Of a stretch of 64,000 nt of DNA, positions 55,698-63,804 are shown one piece after another. Origin of the DNA: an uncultured Erysipelotrichaceae bacterium (lineage in GTDB: Bacteria > Bacillota_I > Bacilli_A > RFN20 > CAG-826); NCBI GenBank assembly GCA_902802355.1, contig CADCLU010000002.1:27573-91572 (forward strand), given 5' to 3'. Each line of letters begins with the position of its first letter. The stretch's first letter is position 1. The notes beneath the pieces were generated by a model. It was not told the DNA's origin. It saw nothing but the letters and a program-made list of their open reading frames with translations, and did not search any database. The position numbers and the translations under genes were made by a program.

Positions 55698-56630
55698 TCA
55701 CAAAAGGATGTAATCACAAATCGGTTCCCACTCCCAGGGCCACCCGTTTGCAATAAGGCCAATCACGAAACCATATCCTTTTGATCCACATATATACATG
55801 CCGACCAAAACTGCAATAACGGCTACAACAGCAATCAAAACTATTAGGCCAAGTATAAAGCCAATCGGCGAAGAAAGCAGTACGTTTATTATCGCGCTTG
55901 CCGCAGATCCAATTTTTGCAACCACGCTTGCGATCAATGAACTCAGTGCTGCTTTTGCCGCTGCGAAACCAGCTATTGCCCCAAACAACGTTCCATACAA
56001 GCCTGGGTTACCAGTAGCTAAAAAACTTTTTGCAGTGTTTACGGCATCGTAGACGGCAATACAAGCATCGCGGTTAGCTTGAATACCAATAAGCGGTCCG
56101 GATTTGGTTTTACCATTGACTCGAACGGCGACCATCTCTTCCTCAAAAGCATATTTAGGCAAACAGATGCCATCGCCTAAATCATACACATCTTCGACTG
56201 GTTTAGCCTCTTCTTCGACTTCAAAATATGTGGTCTCTTCCTTATCTCCGTACAAATCGTTAAAAGTTTTTAAAGAGCACAAATATTCTTTAGATTTATC
56301 AGATGTCTTGGCTAGTACACTTTTGTCCTTTACGAAATAAGTCTCTAACCCTTCGACATATTTGAAACTTTTGTCGTAATCAAGAGCCTTCTGATAGTAT
56401 TCAGCTTCTTCTTTGTTTACTAAATCGAACATCAATTCTTTTTCAAACAATTCTTGTTTGAAAACGCTTATAGGATCAAACCTTTCATCGTAGAACGAAT
56501 AGTTCTCAACGACATGATTGACTAATTCGGTTGACTCACATTTCATTCTGCTGAAAATGGGTTCTTGCCCCTTTCCGGCAGATAAGCACATCAGCCCTGT
56601 CAATAACAGTGTATTAATCATGATAAACAC
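55698..56630 (-). CDS. secreted/membrane protein with Gly/Ala-rich C-terminal helical hairpin region, unknown function
   Basis: Signal-like N-terminus. The C-terminal ~110 aa (GTLFGAIAGFAAAKAALSSLIASVVAKIGSAASAIINVLL...LIVLIAVVAVIAVLVGMY) are strongly membrane-active-looking. Confidence 0.55.
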   Translation of the reverse strand: MFIMINTLLLTGLMCLSAGKGQEPIFSRMKCESTELVNHVVENYSFYDERFDPISVFKQELFEKELMFDLVNKEEAEYYQKALDYDKSFKYVEGLETYFVKDKSVLAKTSDKSKEYLCSLKTFNDLYGDKEETTYFEVEEEAKPVEDVYDLGDGICLPKYAFEEEMVAVRVNGKTKSGPLIGIQANRDACIAVYDAVNTAKSFLATGNPGLYGTLFGAIAGFAAAKAALSSLIASVVAKIGSAASAIINVLLSSPIGFILGLIVLIAVVAVIAVLVGMYICGSKGYGFVIGLIANGWPWEWEPICDYILL

Positions 56631-56778
56631 TCCTTAATTGTCGTTTTAGTATACAAGATAAATGAGGCAAAAATAAATTATTAATTTCTTTTCTAGTGAA
56701 ATTATCTATAGGATGAAACCTTTGTCTGTTTCCTCTTCTTTACTCTCTGTTTTTAGTGACTTTGGCAACACCCGCACT

Positions 56779-56816
56779 ATGCACAAAAAAAGACTGACGA
56801 TTGTGCCAGTCTTAGT
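56779..56816 (-). repeat. 37-bp terminator module, copy 2
   Basis: atgcacaaaaaaagactgacgattgtgccagtcttagt, located after the GNAT gene stop. Confidence 0.85.
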
Positions 56817-56845
56817 AATGCTCGAAGGACACAAAGACCTCGATG

Positions 56846-57364
56846 CTAATCCTTGATTATCTTTTGGAATCTGAACATGCCATCCATTCTTTCCGGCATA
56901 TCCTTATCCTTTAAGAATTTTGTGTAGAACTCCACGATATGGAAACCTAGTTTGTTGACGTAGAAATGAATGTTCCTTTTCTCAAAATATGGAGTGACCG
57001 TCTCCCAGACTTTGATTTCCGGATGGAGCTTCTCGACTTCTTTCCAAGCGGCCTGCCCCACTCCTTTTGATTCTGAGCTAGGGATGACAAAGAAGATGTC
57101 CAGTTCTCCATGATCGCCTTTTAAATTTAAGATTATGCCTCCGACCTTCTTATCGCCATCCATGATGCGGTATGTGAGCGATCCTTCTTTATGGATGGAG
57201 CTGACGATCGTTTCCCTTGAGATGATTTGGCCATCTTCCTCATGTTGCTCTTTGAGCTCTTCTTCGTTGAAGTATTGTTCCGCGCCGAAATTGAACGCGG
57301 CCTGATTGTCTTTGATGAACTGTTCCTCATCAAAAGGTTTTAGTAACTCTAATCTCACTGACAT
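56846..57364 (-). CDS. GNAT-family N-acetyltransferase
   Basis: 172 aa. Acetyl-CoA motif region FFVIPSSESKGVGQAAW. Confidence 0.7.
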   Translation of the reverse strand: MSVRLELLKPFDEEQFIKDNQAAFNFGAEQYFNEEELKEQHEEDGQIISRETIVSSIHKEGSLTYRIMDGDKKVGGIILNLKGDHGELDIFFVIPSSESKGVGQAAWKEVEKLHPEIKVWETVTPYFEKRNIHFYVNKLGFHIVEFYTKFLKDKDMPERMDGMFRFQKIIKD

Positions 57365-57511
57365 ATTTTTCCTCCTAGGGCCAAATAAAAAGCCCGTTAA
57401 ACGAGCTCACTCGGCATCTTATCCAACAGGCGGCCGACAATATGTCTCCCCTACGCTACGGCGTACAGTCCTCTGATGCACCGTCATTATAAAGGAAAAA
57501 GGAATTGCTTG

Positions 57512-58069
57512 TTATATCTTCTTGATGACTTTGGCAGGGTTTCCGCCTACGACAACGTTATCGGGAACGTCTTTCGTTACCACTGCGCCTGCTGCGACAA
57601 CACTATTCTCACCAATCGTCACTCCTGGGCAGATGATGGCGCCGATACAAATCCAAGCGTTCTTTTTGATCGTGACCTTTTTGAAATAGAACTTATGATG
57701 CCTTTCTTTGAGGTCGTGATTGACGGTGGCGATCCTGACGTCTGGGCCAATAAGGACACCATCTTCGATTTCAACGATGCCTGCCGAAAGAAGGGTGGCG
57801 CCTTTGTTGATGGTGATGTTCTTTCCTAATTTGACGCGGCATCCATTGTCACAATAGAAAGGTGAGACTATCGACACTGAGTCATCTATTTTTGTTTGGA
57901 AAAGCTCATCCAAAAGAGATTTATAGTCGGGATCGGTCGGTCTTTTGTTAGAAATCTTTAAGCTCAAGTCGTGGGAGCGGATTATTTCCTTAAGACCATC
58001 TTCAAAATATGGTTCGTCATTACGGGCTTCTCCATTTTTGTCAACGACTTCAAAAAAGCGATTCATCAA
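57512..58069 (-). CDS. sugar O-acetyltransferase (maltose/galactoside acetyltransferase-like, hexapeptide repeat)
   Basis: Left-handed beta-helix repeats: IGPDVRI, NAWICIGAIICPGVTIGENSVVAAGAVV, GGNPAKVI. Confidence 0.8.
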   Translation of the reverse strand: MMNRFFEVVDKNGEARNDEPYFEDGLKEIIRSHDLSLKISNKRPTDPDYKSLLDELFQTKIDDSVSIVSPFYCDNGCRVKLGKNITINKGATLLSAGIVEIEDGVLIGPDVRIATVNHDLKERHHKFYFKKVTIKKNAWICIGAIICPGVTIGENSVVAAGAVVTKDVPDNVVVGGNPAKVIKKI

Positions 58070-58159
58070 TATGTTTTTACTTCGTTTTATCCAAAGACCG
58101 CTAGAAATATGAATAAACGAAAAAAGGACCGATTCCTCATCGATCCTAATTTAATAAGT

Positions 58160-58234
58160 TGGTGACCCAGCCGGGAATCGAACCCGGGATTCAACCTTGA
58201 GAGGGTTGCGTCTTAGCCGCTTGACCACAGGGCC
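58160..58234 (-). tRNA. tRNA-Glu (anticodon CTC)
   Basis: GGCCCTG..., Glu-type D-loop AAGCGGCTAA, anticodon stem CAACC/GGTTG, loop CTCTCAA, T-arm CCGGGTTCGATTCCCGG, CCA encoded. One T:T mismatch at pair 6:67. Confidence 0.8.
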
Positions 58235-58241
58235 GTGCCAC

Positions 58242-58271
58242 ATATTAAAGCATTGACGGATTAACTTTTCA
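58242..58271 (-). promoter_or_regulatory. sigma-70 type promoter for tRNA-Glu(CTC)
   Basis: On the minus strand: TTGAAA, 18 nt, TAATAT. The -10 ends 7 nt before the mature tRNA 5' end. Confidence 0.5.
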
Positions 58272-58304
58272 ATAGTGGCGAAGCGATTTTGTTAAACTCT
58301 ATCT

Positions 58305-59951
58305 TTAGATAGCGTTCTTTAAACGCTTCATGACTCTTTCTTTTCCAAGAATCTCAATGACTTCATGGAGATTTGGAGAGTCTTTCTGACCGGTGATGGC
58401 GATACGGATGATCTCCGCGGCATCGGAGATGTTTCCTTTATAGGCATCAGGGTTAGCTTTGTAGTCTTTGTTGGCGATCGCAAATCCGTTAGCGGCAGCG
58501 ACTTCTTTGACGCTGTTCCACCACTCCGACTCACCTGCGCCATAAAGCATCTTATCGGCGACTTCGGACATGAAGGCCTTTAAGAACTCTTTGTCGTATT
58601 TCTCGTTGAATGGGAGTTCAGGATGTTTTTCGAACTCGTCATCGTAGAAGAACCAAGTGGCTGGCTCGATGTCGCCATATTTGGCGTAGTCTTTTCTTGG
58701 GTTTGGACGATCCTTCTCAATATTGAGAATCTTGGAGAAATACTCCATGTCGTCATCCATCTTCTTAAGAAGGGTTGGGGAATTCTTCTCGGCCCATTCC
58801 TTGACCGCTTTGAGGAGCTCCTCTTTTGGGGTGGCGGCAAGGACTTCCTTGCAGAAGTAATTGAGCTTGCCTTCGTCGAAGAGGGCGCCATCTAAGGACA
58901 TCTTCTTGAAAGCGAAGGTGAATTTGCTCACATCAAGGGATTTGTTGGCGATGGTCCACTCCTCGAAATTGGAGTTGGCAATCGACATAAGATAAACGAG
59001 AAGTCCCTTTGGAGGATAGCCGGCCTTAAGGAAGTAAGAGACGGCGGCCTCAGGGTCTTTTCTCTTAGAAAGCTTTCTCTTGTTGCCATGGTCAAGCTTC
59101 ATGATGACTGGCAAGTGGGCGTATTTTGGTCCTTTCCAGCCTAAATCGCGGAAAAGCTGGATGTGGATTGGGGTAGATGGGATCCATTCCTCACCACGGG
59201 TGACGACGGTCGTTCTCATGAAATGGTCATCGACGACGTGAGCGAAGTGATAGGTTGGGAGGCCATCGGACTTCATGATGACGATATCGACATCGTTGTC
59301 GGCGAGTTCGAGCTCACCTCTGATGGCATCCTTGAACTTGATCTTCTTATCGTGGTCCCCCATCGACTTATAACGGATGACCCATGGGGTTCCGGCTTTG
59401 ATCTTCTCGATCTGCTCGTCGACGGTTAATTTACGGTCTCTCGCATATGGGCCGTAGTAGCCTGGGAGGATCTTATTGGCTTCTTGGAAATCTCTGATCT
59501 TCTGAAGGTCTTCTGCGCTACAGAAATCAGGATAGGCTTTTCCTTCGGCGATGAGGTGTTTGATGACAACCTTATAGATATCGGCACGGACGCTTTGCTG
59601 ATATGGGCCATAAGCGCCTTTATCGCCATTAGGGAAATATCCTTCGTCAGCGATGATGCCGAATTCGGCAAGCTGGTCGATGAGCTCGTCAGCGCTGCCG
59701 GCGATGGTTCTCTTGGTGTCGGTGTCCTCTAAGCGGAACATGTAGACGCCTTGGCTTTGCTTGGCGTACGTATAAGCAATGAAGGCGGTGAACAAAGAAC
59801 CGGTGTGTAAGAAACCAGTTGGCGATGGGGCGAAACGGGTCACCTGAGCGCCTTCTGGAAGGTTGCGTAATGGGTATTCTTTCTCAAGGTCATCGATGGT
59901 CTTCGTGACGTCTGGGAATAATAAGTTTGCGAGGTCTAAATAGGTTGCCAT
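58305..59951 (-). CDS. gltX: glutamate--tRNA ligase
   Basis: HIGH-type PSPTGFLHTGS, KMSKS-type KLSKRK. AAGGAG SD before the ATG at 59951 (MATYLDL). Confidence 0.9.
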   Translation of the reverse strand: MATYLDLANLLFPDVTKTIDDLEKEYPLRNLPEGAQVTRFAPSPTGFLHTGSLFTAFIAYTYAKQSQGVYMFRLEDTDTKRTIAGSADELIDQLAEFGIIADEGYFPNGDKGAYGPYQQSVRADIYKVVIKHLIAEGKAYPDFCSAEDLQKIRDFQEANKILPGYYGPYARDRKLTVDEQIEKIKAGTPWVIRYKSMGDHDKKIKFKDAIRGELELADNDVDIVIMKSDGLPTYHFAHVVDDHFMRTTVVTRGEEWIPSTPIHIQLFRDLGWKGPKYAHLPVIMKLDHGNKRKLSKRKDPEAAVSYFLKAGYPPKGLLVYLMSIANSNFEEWTIANKSLDVSKFTFAFKKMSLDGALFDEGKLNYFCKEVLAATPKEELLKAVKEWAEKNSPTLLKKMDDDMEYFSKILNIEKDRPNPRKDYAKYGDIEPATWFFYDDEFEKHPELPFNEKYDKEFLKAFMSEVADKMLYGAGESEWWNSVKEVAAANGFAIANKDYKANPDAYKGNISDAAEIIRIAITGQKDSPNLHEVIEILGKERVMKRLKNAI

Positions 59952-60029
59952 ATAAGTCACTCCTTAAAGAAGCGAGAAGATTATAGAACACGTGCGCGTG
60001 CAATTCCACAAAACAATAGCGAAAACCGC

Positions 60030-60058
60030 TTGCACTTGGATAGTGAGTTTCATATAAT
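60030..60058 (+). promoter_or_regulatory. sigma-70 type promoter for tRNA-Gly
   Basis: TTGCAC, 17 nt, TATAAT, 24 nt upstream of the tRNA. Confidence 0.6.
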
Positions 60059-60082
60059 ACTACTCGCGCCACAAAAGGCGAT

Positions 60083-60156
60083 GCAGGTGTAGTTCAATGG
60101 TAGAACATTACCTTGCCAAGGTAAATACACGGGTTCGATTCCCGCCACTTGCTCCA
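60083..60156 (+). tRNA. tRNA-Gly (anticodon GCC)
   Basis: Acceptor GCAGGTG/CACTTGC, anticodon stem TTACC/GGTAA, loop TTGCCAA, CCA encoded. Confidence 0.9.
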
Positions 60157-60165
60157 TTAAAAAAC

Positions 60166-60196
60166 AATCCCGATTTGCTCGGGATTTTTTATTTTT
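60166..60196 (+). terminator. rho-independent terminator after tRNA-Gly
   Basis: 8-bp stem aatcccga/tcgggatt followed by TTTTTTATTTTT. Confidence 0.75.
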
Positions 60197-60235
60197 CAAA
60201 GAAAAAGAAGGCCGTTTTGCAGGCCTTCTTTGCTT

Positions 60236-61363
60236 TTATAAGAGAGCGAGGTAATACATTGGCTCTGGGCGCACGGCACGGACGATTCCGAACACCGCCA
60301 TGCCAAGGATGATGCCACCGCCGATCGCAATCGCGTACCTGATCCAATCGTCTTTCCTGAACTTCGCTTTTTTCCTGACGACGAACATGAAGACGAAGTA
60401 GATGACGGAGATGAGGAAGTAGGCAAGGGCGAAGATGAGAATCATCCATGCATACCAGTTGTGTTCCATGATGACGAGATCAGTGAAGAACTCGGTTAAC
60501 AAGGCAAAGCCGAGCATGCAAGTGAGAGTCAAGGTGTTGACGACGCCGAATCTCTGAGGGATGACGGTTCCAAGGTGCTCGCTCTTGAGTTTTCTGAACT
60601 CAAAGAAGGCAAGAACGGTCAAGCCTCCCCAGAAAAGGAGCTGAAGAAGGAGAGCAAGCATGGAGCCCCAGAACGTATTGATCGAATTCGTACTCAATTC
60701 GGAGCCGGAGTTTATGAGAGAGGCAAGGGCGTGCTCAAAAACCTCAGTCTGAGAGAACCAGTTGGTCGATGATTGCGCGATCCAGCTGTATGAATCCGGA
60801 TTCAAGATGAGAGCGTTCACAAGGCTTGGAAGCGAATTCACGAGGAGAAGCATGACAATAGCCTGGAAAACGCTATTGGAAACGCTAACCGCGAAGGTGC
60901 TCACCAAGAAAGTGATGACGCAAGCGAGATAAAGAAGAGGTAGGCCAAGCATCGAGGTTCCATATGTTCCTAAGAGGCTGGTGCCGTTTCCTAAGATGAG
61001 ACAAAGGCAACAGCCGACGCAGTAGCATCCAACAAGGAGGGCGGTGATGATGGCAAGGCCAAACACGAGTTCGGTGATGAAAGCCTGTCCTCTGGTCATC
61101 GGCATCGAAAGGATGATGTCGCTTCTGTTTTTGCTGTAATAGCGGTTATGCATGATAAGCGGGAGGAGTCCCGATAAGAAGATGCACATAGCGCCCACAA
61201 CGACCACATAAGCCGAATAGCCGATCGTGCCTCTGAAAAGCAAGACACAGAAAACGTCGATGACGAACGGGATGATGATGAGGAAGACAGCGAAGAGGGT
61301 GATATAAACCGTGGCGATAGACCAGAAGCTCTTCATTAAATATCTGAAATATCTGGAGTTCAT
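60236..61363 (-). CDS. ABC-2-type transporter permease
   Basis: 375-aa polytopic protein. 4-nt overlap with the ATPase gene. Confidence 0.65.
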   Translation of the reverse strand: MNSRYFRYLMKSFWSIATVYITLFAVFLIIIPFVIDVFCVLLFRGTIGYSAYVVVVGAMCIFLSGLLPLIMHNRYYSKNRSDIILSMPMTRGQAFITELVFGLAIITALLVGCYCVGCCLCLILGNGTSLLGTYGTSMLGLPLLYLACVITFLVSTFAVSVSNSVFQAIVMLLLVNSLPSLVNALILNPDSYSWIAQSSTNWFSQTEVFEHALASLINSGSELSTNSINTFWGSMLALLLQLLFWGGLTVLAFFEFRKLKSEHLGTVIPQRFGVVNTLTLTCMLGFALLTEFFTDLVIMEHNWYAWMILIFALAYFLISVIYFVFMFVVRKKAKFRKDDWIRYAIAIGGGIILGMAVFGIVRAVRPEPMYYLALL

Positions 61364-62229
61364 AACATTTCCCTCTCTTTGTTGTAGATGAAGGCTTCTT
61401 CGACCGTAAGCGGAACGATGTCGAGCATAAGAGGATTATACGGGGCGAAGAAGGCGCGGATCTTCACTTCGGTCGCATCGGTCACGACGACAAGGAAGTG
61501 ACCATCGCGTTTGACCGCGATAGGCTGAAGTTCGTGGAGATCGCTTGGGACACTGTCGCCAAAGGCGAGATGGACCTTGTGAAGGTTCTTGGCCTGGACG
61601 AATTCGTCGCTGATCTGGCCATTGTCGACCAAGGAATAAGAGTCACAGATGTCACCAAGCTCACGGAGTGAGTGTGAGGCGATGACGACCGTGGTCTTCG
61701 GATTCTTGGCGATAAGCTCGATAAGATCTTTTTTGAATTCGTTACGGCTATATGGGTCAAGTCCGTCGAAAGCCTCGTCGATGAGGATGATATCGGCATG
61801 CGAGGCAAGCGCGGCGGCGAGATAGGCCTTTCTTCTCATGCCTTTCGAGAAGGAATTGAGAGGCTTATCGATATCGACCTGATAGCGGACGAGGTTCTTC
61901 TTGAACTCCTCTGGGGTGAAGCGATCAAAGAAGCATGTGTAAAGCGTGGTCAGATCTTTGATGTGGGCGTTCTTGCCATAGTATGGCTCATCGGCCAGGA
62001 AGAAGATCTTGGCTTTGGCGTTTGGGCTCTCAAAGATCTCTTCCCCATCGAGTCTGATGGAGCCAGAGTCGGCTTTAAGAACGCCGGCGATGAGACGTAG
62101 AAGCGTCGATTTGCCTGCGCCGTTCTCGCCGACGAGCCCGTTGATGGAGCCGTCATGGATCTTGGCGTTGCAATTCTTAATGACGATCTGGCCGTCATAG
62201 GACTTGGTCAGATTGGATATCTCAATCAT
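61360..62229 (-). CDS. ABC transporter ATP-binding protein
   Basis: Walker A GENGAGKST, signature-like FSKGMRRK, Walker B IILIDEAFDGLD. Confidence 0.85.
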   Translation of the reverse strand: MIEISNLTKSYDGQIVIKNCNAKIHDGSINGLVGENGAGKSTLLRLIAGVLKADSGSIRLDGEEIFESPNAKAKIFFLADEPYYGKNAHIKDLTTLYTCFFDRFTPEEFKKNLVRYQVDIDKPLNSFSKGMRRKAYLAAALASHADIILIDEAFDGLDPYSRNEFKKDLIELIAKNPKTTVVIASHSLRELGDICDSYSLVDNGQISDEFVQAKNLHKVHLAFGDSVPSDLHELQPIAVKRDGHFLVVVTDATEVKIRAFFAPYNPLMLDIVPLTVEEAFIYNKEREML

Positions 62230-62588
62230 TGCTTTTTCTCCTTTTTAAGTTTTTCGATTGCGATTTCGATTTGGGAAATGCTGATTCCGCTGGCGAGGAG
62301 GTCATTCAAAGTATTCTCGACATAGTCTGGGAGGTCCACCGCTTTTTTCCATTTTCTTTCCTCAGCCACGTAGATGCCTTTTTTAGGAAGGGTCACCAAA
62401 TAACCCATATCCGTCAAAGCAAGGTAAGCGCGCATGACGGTGTTTGGGTTGATGGTCAAAGAAAGAGCAAGCTCACGGACGGAAGGAAGCTTCTCCTGTG
62501 GCTTGAGGATACCCATCTCAATGTAGAGCTTGATTTGATCGACGATTTCCTCGAAGATCGGTTTTGTTCCAGTGAAATGAATCTGCAT
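62226..62588 (-). CDS. GntR (YtrA-subfamily) transcriptional regulator
   Basis: wHTH KLPSVRELALSLTINPNTVMRAYLAL. Start taken at MQIHFTG. An alternative TTG start is at 62609. Confidence 0.8.
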   Translation of the reverse strand: MQIHFTGTKPIFEEIVDQIKLYIEMGILKPQEKLPSVRELALSLTINPNTVMRAYLALTDMGYLVTLPKKGIYVAEERKWKKAVDLPDYVENTLNDLLASGISISQIEIAIEKLKKEKKQ

Positions 62589-62591
62589 TAA

Positions 62592-62609
62592 TTGTACCAA
62601 CTGTACCAA
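62592..62609 (-). promoter_or_regulatory. tandem 9-bp direct repeat, candidate GntR operator
   Basis: The minus strand reads TTGGTACAG TTGGTACAA immediately upstream of the ATG of the GntR gene. Confidence 0.25.
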
Positions 62610-62645
62610 TTATGCCAAAAAGCGATTCAAAAATGCAATAGGTCA

Positions 62646-62672
62646 GAAAAAAAGCCCACGTTTTATGGGGCT
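62646..62672 (-). terminator. putative terminator after the 62692-63804 gene
   Basis: Imperfect stem agccc/gggct flanked by A/T runs on both sides. Confidence 0.45.
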
Positions 62673-62691
62673 TTCTTTTTTTTAAAAAGAA

Positions 62692-63804
62692 TTATTCTTC
62701 TTTATTCTCTTCGTCAGGGTCTTTTTCAGTCGCCTCGGCGTCAAAAACATCAGGGTTTTGAGGGCCTTTCATGAGGCTATCTTCCGCTTCCTTGAGGGCT
62801 TCCTCGTACTTCTTCGCGTCCTCTTCCCCTATCTGATTCATATACTTGAGTTCCTCAAACGCGCGTCTAGCGAGATCGATCGTAGCTTTGACGAAGGCTT
62901 CCTTATGTTTGAGGAAGAGAAGATCCATCGCAAGGACATAATATGGGATGAGGATCGTAAGAGGGACGACCATGAAGCCAAGGCCAACGAGGTTCATGAG
63001 GATGCCGACATAATCGTTCTCCTTTAGGAGAAGGTAGCCGGTGACCGCTCCGCCCGCGTAGAAGATAAGGAGGATGAGATAGACCCACCAGGTAGCCTTG
63101 AAGAAGTCGCTGTTGTATCCTCTGGCTTTGCTTCTTAGGGCCTCTTTGTATGCGGCGTTGACGATACGGGAATCCGGGGTGACCATCGCGTCTCTGATGA
63201 AGACCATGATCGTGTATCTTCCTAAGAAGAACATGAAGGAAAGGGTGAATCCGGCATCCATCGCGAAGGAGGACATTCTTAAGAACATATTGAGGGAGGC
63301 AGAATCCATAAGGAATTTGCTCGCCGCTTCAGTGTCCCCTGCTCCGAGATAGGCATATAGGGTGTCGACATCGGTCAGGAGATTAGGGTCGAAATACTTT
63401 GAAAGGGAGACGTAGAAGATGCTGAAGAGGAAATAGGCGCCTAATGAAGCGAGGAAGGAGAAAAGGACGCTTCTAAGGATTCTGAAAGAGCCGAAGAAGC
63501 TTGGGGTGTAATAAAGCCCTGCCGTCTTGAAGTAGTCGCCCGCTTTCGTGGTTCTGCCGCCTTTCTCAAGGTATGAGCAGACGATCGCGGCGAAATAGAA
63601 CGGGACGACGATGGCTCCTAGAATTAGGAGAGTGAGGAGAACGGTTCCCGCTCCGATATAGGAAAGAAGGAAATCGATGAGCCAAACAAGCCCAGCGATC
63701 ATGAAGAAAAGCCCAAGGAATGGGGCGCTCTTCTTTAATAAGGAAACGAATCCTTTTCTGGCGTCTTTGCCGACGCTCATATCTTTTAATTCTTTATTCT
63801 GCAT
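62692..63804 (-). CDS. polytopic membrane protein with acidic C-terminal tail (DUF975-like?), unknown function
   Basis: Start taken at MQNKELKDM (63804). The longer track ORF overlaps the preceding gene. Six or more TM helices. Tail ATEKDPDEENKEE. Confidence 0.6.
   Translation of the reverse strand: MQNKELKDMSVGKDARKGFVSLLKKSAPFLGLFFMIAGLVWLIDFLLSYIGAGTVLLTLLILGAIVVPFYFAAIVCSYLEKGGRTTKAGDYFKTAGLYYTPSFFGSFRILRSVLFSFLASLGAYFLFSIFYVSLSKYFDPNLLTDVDTLYAYLGAGDTEAASKFLMDSASLNMFLRMSSFAMDAGFTLSFMFFLGRYTIMVFIRDAMVTPDSRIVNAAYKEALRSKARGYNSDFFKATWWVYLILLIFYAGGAVTGYLLLKENDYVGILMNLVGLGFMVVPLTILIPYYVLAMDLLFLKHKEAFVKATIDLARRAFEELKYMNQIGEEDAKKYEEALKEAEDSLMKGPQNPDVFDAEATEKDPDEENKEE

Noticed and set aside
59952-60082. 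Possible T-box leader upstream of gltX (and likewise upstream of serC at 42379-42488)
   Set aside because: Both leaders are too short (about 100-130 nt). No T-box consensus AAUUAGGGUGGUACCGCG-like sequence is visible.
60097-60312. 71-aa plus-strand ORF
   Set aside because: It lies inside tRNA-Gly and its terminator and is antisense to the ABC permease 3' end. It is a spurious ORF.
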